Source: Nemertoderma westbladi
Taxonomy: Eukaryota > Animalia > Xenacoelomorpha
DNA length: 64,000 bases
NCBI GenBank assembly: GCA_032718475.1
Contig: JAUCBJ010000121.1
Coordinates: forward strand, 1 to 64,000
Reading direction: 5' to 3'
Shown: piece by piece, positions 61,174 to 64,000 of the stretch
How positions within the stretch are numbered: the first letter of the stretch is position 1
Layout: each line of letters begins with the position of its first letter
Position numbers and translations under genes: made by a program
The notes under the pieces: model-generated
What the model was told of the DNA's origin: nothing
Databases searched by the model: none
Seen by the model: only the letters and a program-made list of their open reading frames with translations

Positions 61174-63030
61174 CACAGTGCCGGCGGACCCAGCAGTCTA
61201 GCGCCCCCAGATGTAATGGTCAGCCATACACAGTGGCGGCGCACCCAGGAGCATAGCGCCCACAGATGTAACGATCAGCCATACACAGTGCTGGCGGACT
61301 CAGCAGCATAGCACCCACAGATCTAATGGTCAGCTATACACAGTGCCGGCGCACCCAGCAGCATAGCGCCCACAGATGTAACGATCAGCTATACACAGTG
61401 CTGGTGGACTCAGCAGCATAGCACCCACAGATCTAATGGTCAGCCATACACAGTGCCGGCGCACCCAGCAGCATAGCGCCCTCAGACCTAATGGTCAGCC
61501 ACTAACAGTGCCGGCGCACCCAGCAGCATAGCGCCCTCAGATCTAATGGTCAGCCATATACAGTGCCGGCGCACCCAGCAGCATAGCGCCCTCAGACCTA
61601 ATGGTCAGCCATACACAGTGCCGGCGGACCCAGCAGCATAGCGCCCACAGATGTAACGATCAGCCACACACAGTGCCAGCGGACCCAGCAGCATAGCGCC
61701 CACAGATCTAACGATCAGCCATACACAGTGGTGGCGGACCCAGCAGCATAACACCCACAGATCTAACGGTCAGCCATACACAGTGCCGGTGGACCCAGCA
61801 GCATAGCACCTCCAGATCTAATGGTAAGCCACACACAGTGCCGGTGGACCCAGCAGCATAGCGCCCCCAGATCTAATGGTCAGCCATACACAGTGCCTGA
61901 CCAGTGGACCCAGCAGCATAGCGCACCCAGATCTAACAGGCAGCCATACACAGTGCCGGCGGACCCAGCAGCATAGCACCCCCAGATCTAAGTGTCAGCC
62001 ACACACAGTGCCGGCGGACCCAGCAGCATAGCGCCCACAGATCTAACGATCAGCCATAAACAGTGCTGGCGGACCCAGCAGCATAGCACCCCCAGATCTA
62101 AGGGTCAGCCACACACAGTGCCGGCGGACCCAGCAGCCTAGCGCACCAATTCTAATTATCAGCCATACACAGTGACGGCGCACCCAGCAGCATAGCGCCC
62201 TCAGACCTAATGGTCAGCCATACACAGTGCCGGCGGACCCAGCAGCATAGCGCCCACAGATCTAACTGTCAGCCATACACAGTGCCGGTGGACCCAGCAG
62301 CATAGTGCCCACAGACCTAATGGTCAGCCATGATACACAGTGCCGGCGGACCCAGCATCATAGAGCCCACAGATCTAACGATCAGCCATACACAATGCCG
62401 GCTGACCCAGCAACATAGCGCCCTCCACGGTCAGCCACACACAGTGCCGGCGGACCCAGCAGCATAACACCCACAGATCTAATGGTCAGCCATACACAGT
62501 GCCAGTGGACCCAGCAGCATAGCACCCCCAGATCTAATGGTCAGCCACACACAGTGCCGGTGGACCCAGCAGCATAGCGTACCCAGATCTAACGGACAGC
62601 CATACACAGTACCGGCGGACCCAGCAGCATAGCACCCCCAGATCTAAGGGTCAGCCACACACAGTGCCAGTGGACCCCGCCGCATAGCGCCCACAGATCC
62701 AACGATCAGCCATGCACAGTGCAGGCGCACCCAGCAGCATACCGCCCCCAGATCTAACGGTCAGCCACACAAAGTGCCGGTGGACCCAGCAGCATAGCGC
62801 CCACAGATCTAACGATCAGTCATACACAGTCCTGGTGCACCCAGCAGCATAGCACCCCCAGATCTAACGGTCAGCTATACACAGTGCCGGTGGACCCAGC
62901 AGCATAGCACCCCCAGATCTAATGGTCAGTAACACACAGTGCCGGTGGATCCAGCAGCATAGCGCCCTCAGATCAAATGGTCACCCATACACAGTGCCAG
63001 TGGACCCAGCAGTGTAGCAGCAGCATCTTA
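61174..63030. repeat. 55-bp GC-rich satellite, about 33 copies
   Basis: Consensus cacagtgccggcggacccagcagcatagcgcccacagatctaatggtcagccata; copies start at 61174, 61229 and so on. Confidence 0.95.
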
Positions 63031-63067
63031 CGGTCATCCATGAACTTTCCTAGTTCATGGCTGCTTC

Positions 63068-63392
63068 TATAACATTGGAGGTGTCTCATTGGTTCCCCCA
63101 AGCTTGACACTAGAACAAAATCGCCTCCGCTTTGCAGGACATTGCTTTCGCCATGAGGACCAGCCAGTGCATAATCTTGTACTTTGGCAGCCTCATGGAG
63201 TGAATAAGCATGGTGGACAGCCAATGACTTTCTTGAGACGCATCTTAAAGGACACTGGCCTTGAAGATGCGGATAATTTATCAAATGTCATGGGTGATAG
63301 GGAGCTGTGGCGGCGCAATTTTGTCGACAAGCCGGCACAGCATTCTTAAAAATGCAGCTGCAGTGCAGCATGCCGATACTAGTAGTAGTAGA
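63068..63392 (+). mobile_element. 5'-truncated RTE-like LINE 3' end with (TAG)n tail
   Basis: Matches 49480-49800 and ends ctagtagtagtag. Confidence 0.9.
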
Positions 63393-64000
63393 ACTGCAAT
63401 AATTGCTCAAAGTTAGTCATGCATTGAATTGGGATGATGTTCTACCTGCTACTAGTGAAACTCATTAAAGTTAAGGAGTCACTGGTGAGGAAGTGTCATA
63501 ACTCCAACAGATTTTGAATAATTCTGCTGGCTAACTTCAATTCCTCCTCTGGTCCTGCTATGAGTAAAGTGTCGTTCACATAACAATAGATCCGAGCCAC
63601 ATCAAACAAAGTAAGTCATAGAAACCATCTCCATAAGACATTCTAACACCTCATTAATATATAAAGTATAGAAAGAATATAAAGAAACTAGTAGGAAGGA
63701 GGGAAATTGTGTGACCTCTTATAGCCTCAGGTTCATTCCATTGGATTCATTGGATTGTTTGATCAATTCTACTTAAGATTTAAAATCGTCAAAGTTAATC
63801 AGACATCTGTATGGGCTGATGATATGTAGGATTTGTATTTGATGGATTTGGAAACATTATAAATCAGTAAATCAAATTAATATAAATTAATTAAACTCAA
63901 GTTTATTATTAGTATAAATAAATAATTAATTCAATTTGTTTTAACAATAATCTAAAATAATAAAATTGTATTATTATCTCCCTTCTCAAATATATCTCTC

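Noticed and set aside
61174-63030. CRISPR-like array
   Set aside because: Units are contiguous near-identical monomers with no unique spacers, no cas genes, and the context is eukaryotic. The same applies to the 56-bp and 40-bp arrays.

Overview
Eukaryotic (animal-like) transposon-dense window with no recognisable host gene. From left to right: a decayed, internally deleted BEL/Pao element (~431-5600, minus); AT-rich spacer with small repeats, orphan ORFs and a foldback element; a ~14.3 kb BEL/Pao LTR retrotransposon, element A (13894-34883, plus), into which a related non-autonomous 6.7 kb element B (17007-23730, minus, TSD AGCGG) has inserted; a CR1-like LINE interrupted by a Mag-type Gypsy element; a piggyBac relic interrupted by a head-to-head pair of RTE LINE copies; further LINE and BEL fragments; and a 55-bp satellite. 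The most interesting system is the A/B family. Neither element has a TGG tRNA primer-binding site. Instead, the 9 nt right after the 5' LTR are perfectly complementary to a 9-mer inside their own LTR, with three compensatory substitutions between A and B, which suggests self-primed reverse transcription. Element A also carries an intact 848-aa third ORF in the env position, encoding a DEDDy 3'-5' exonuclease-like domain and three CCHC knuckles, preceded by an array of small hairpins. Domain and clade calls are from motif recognition by eye, not database searches.
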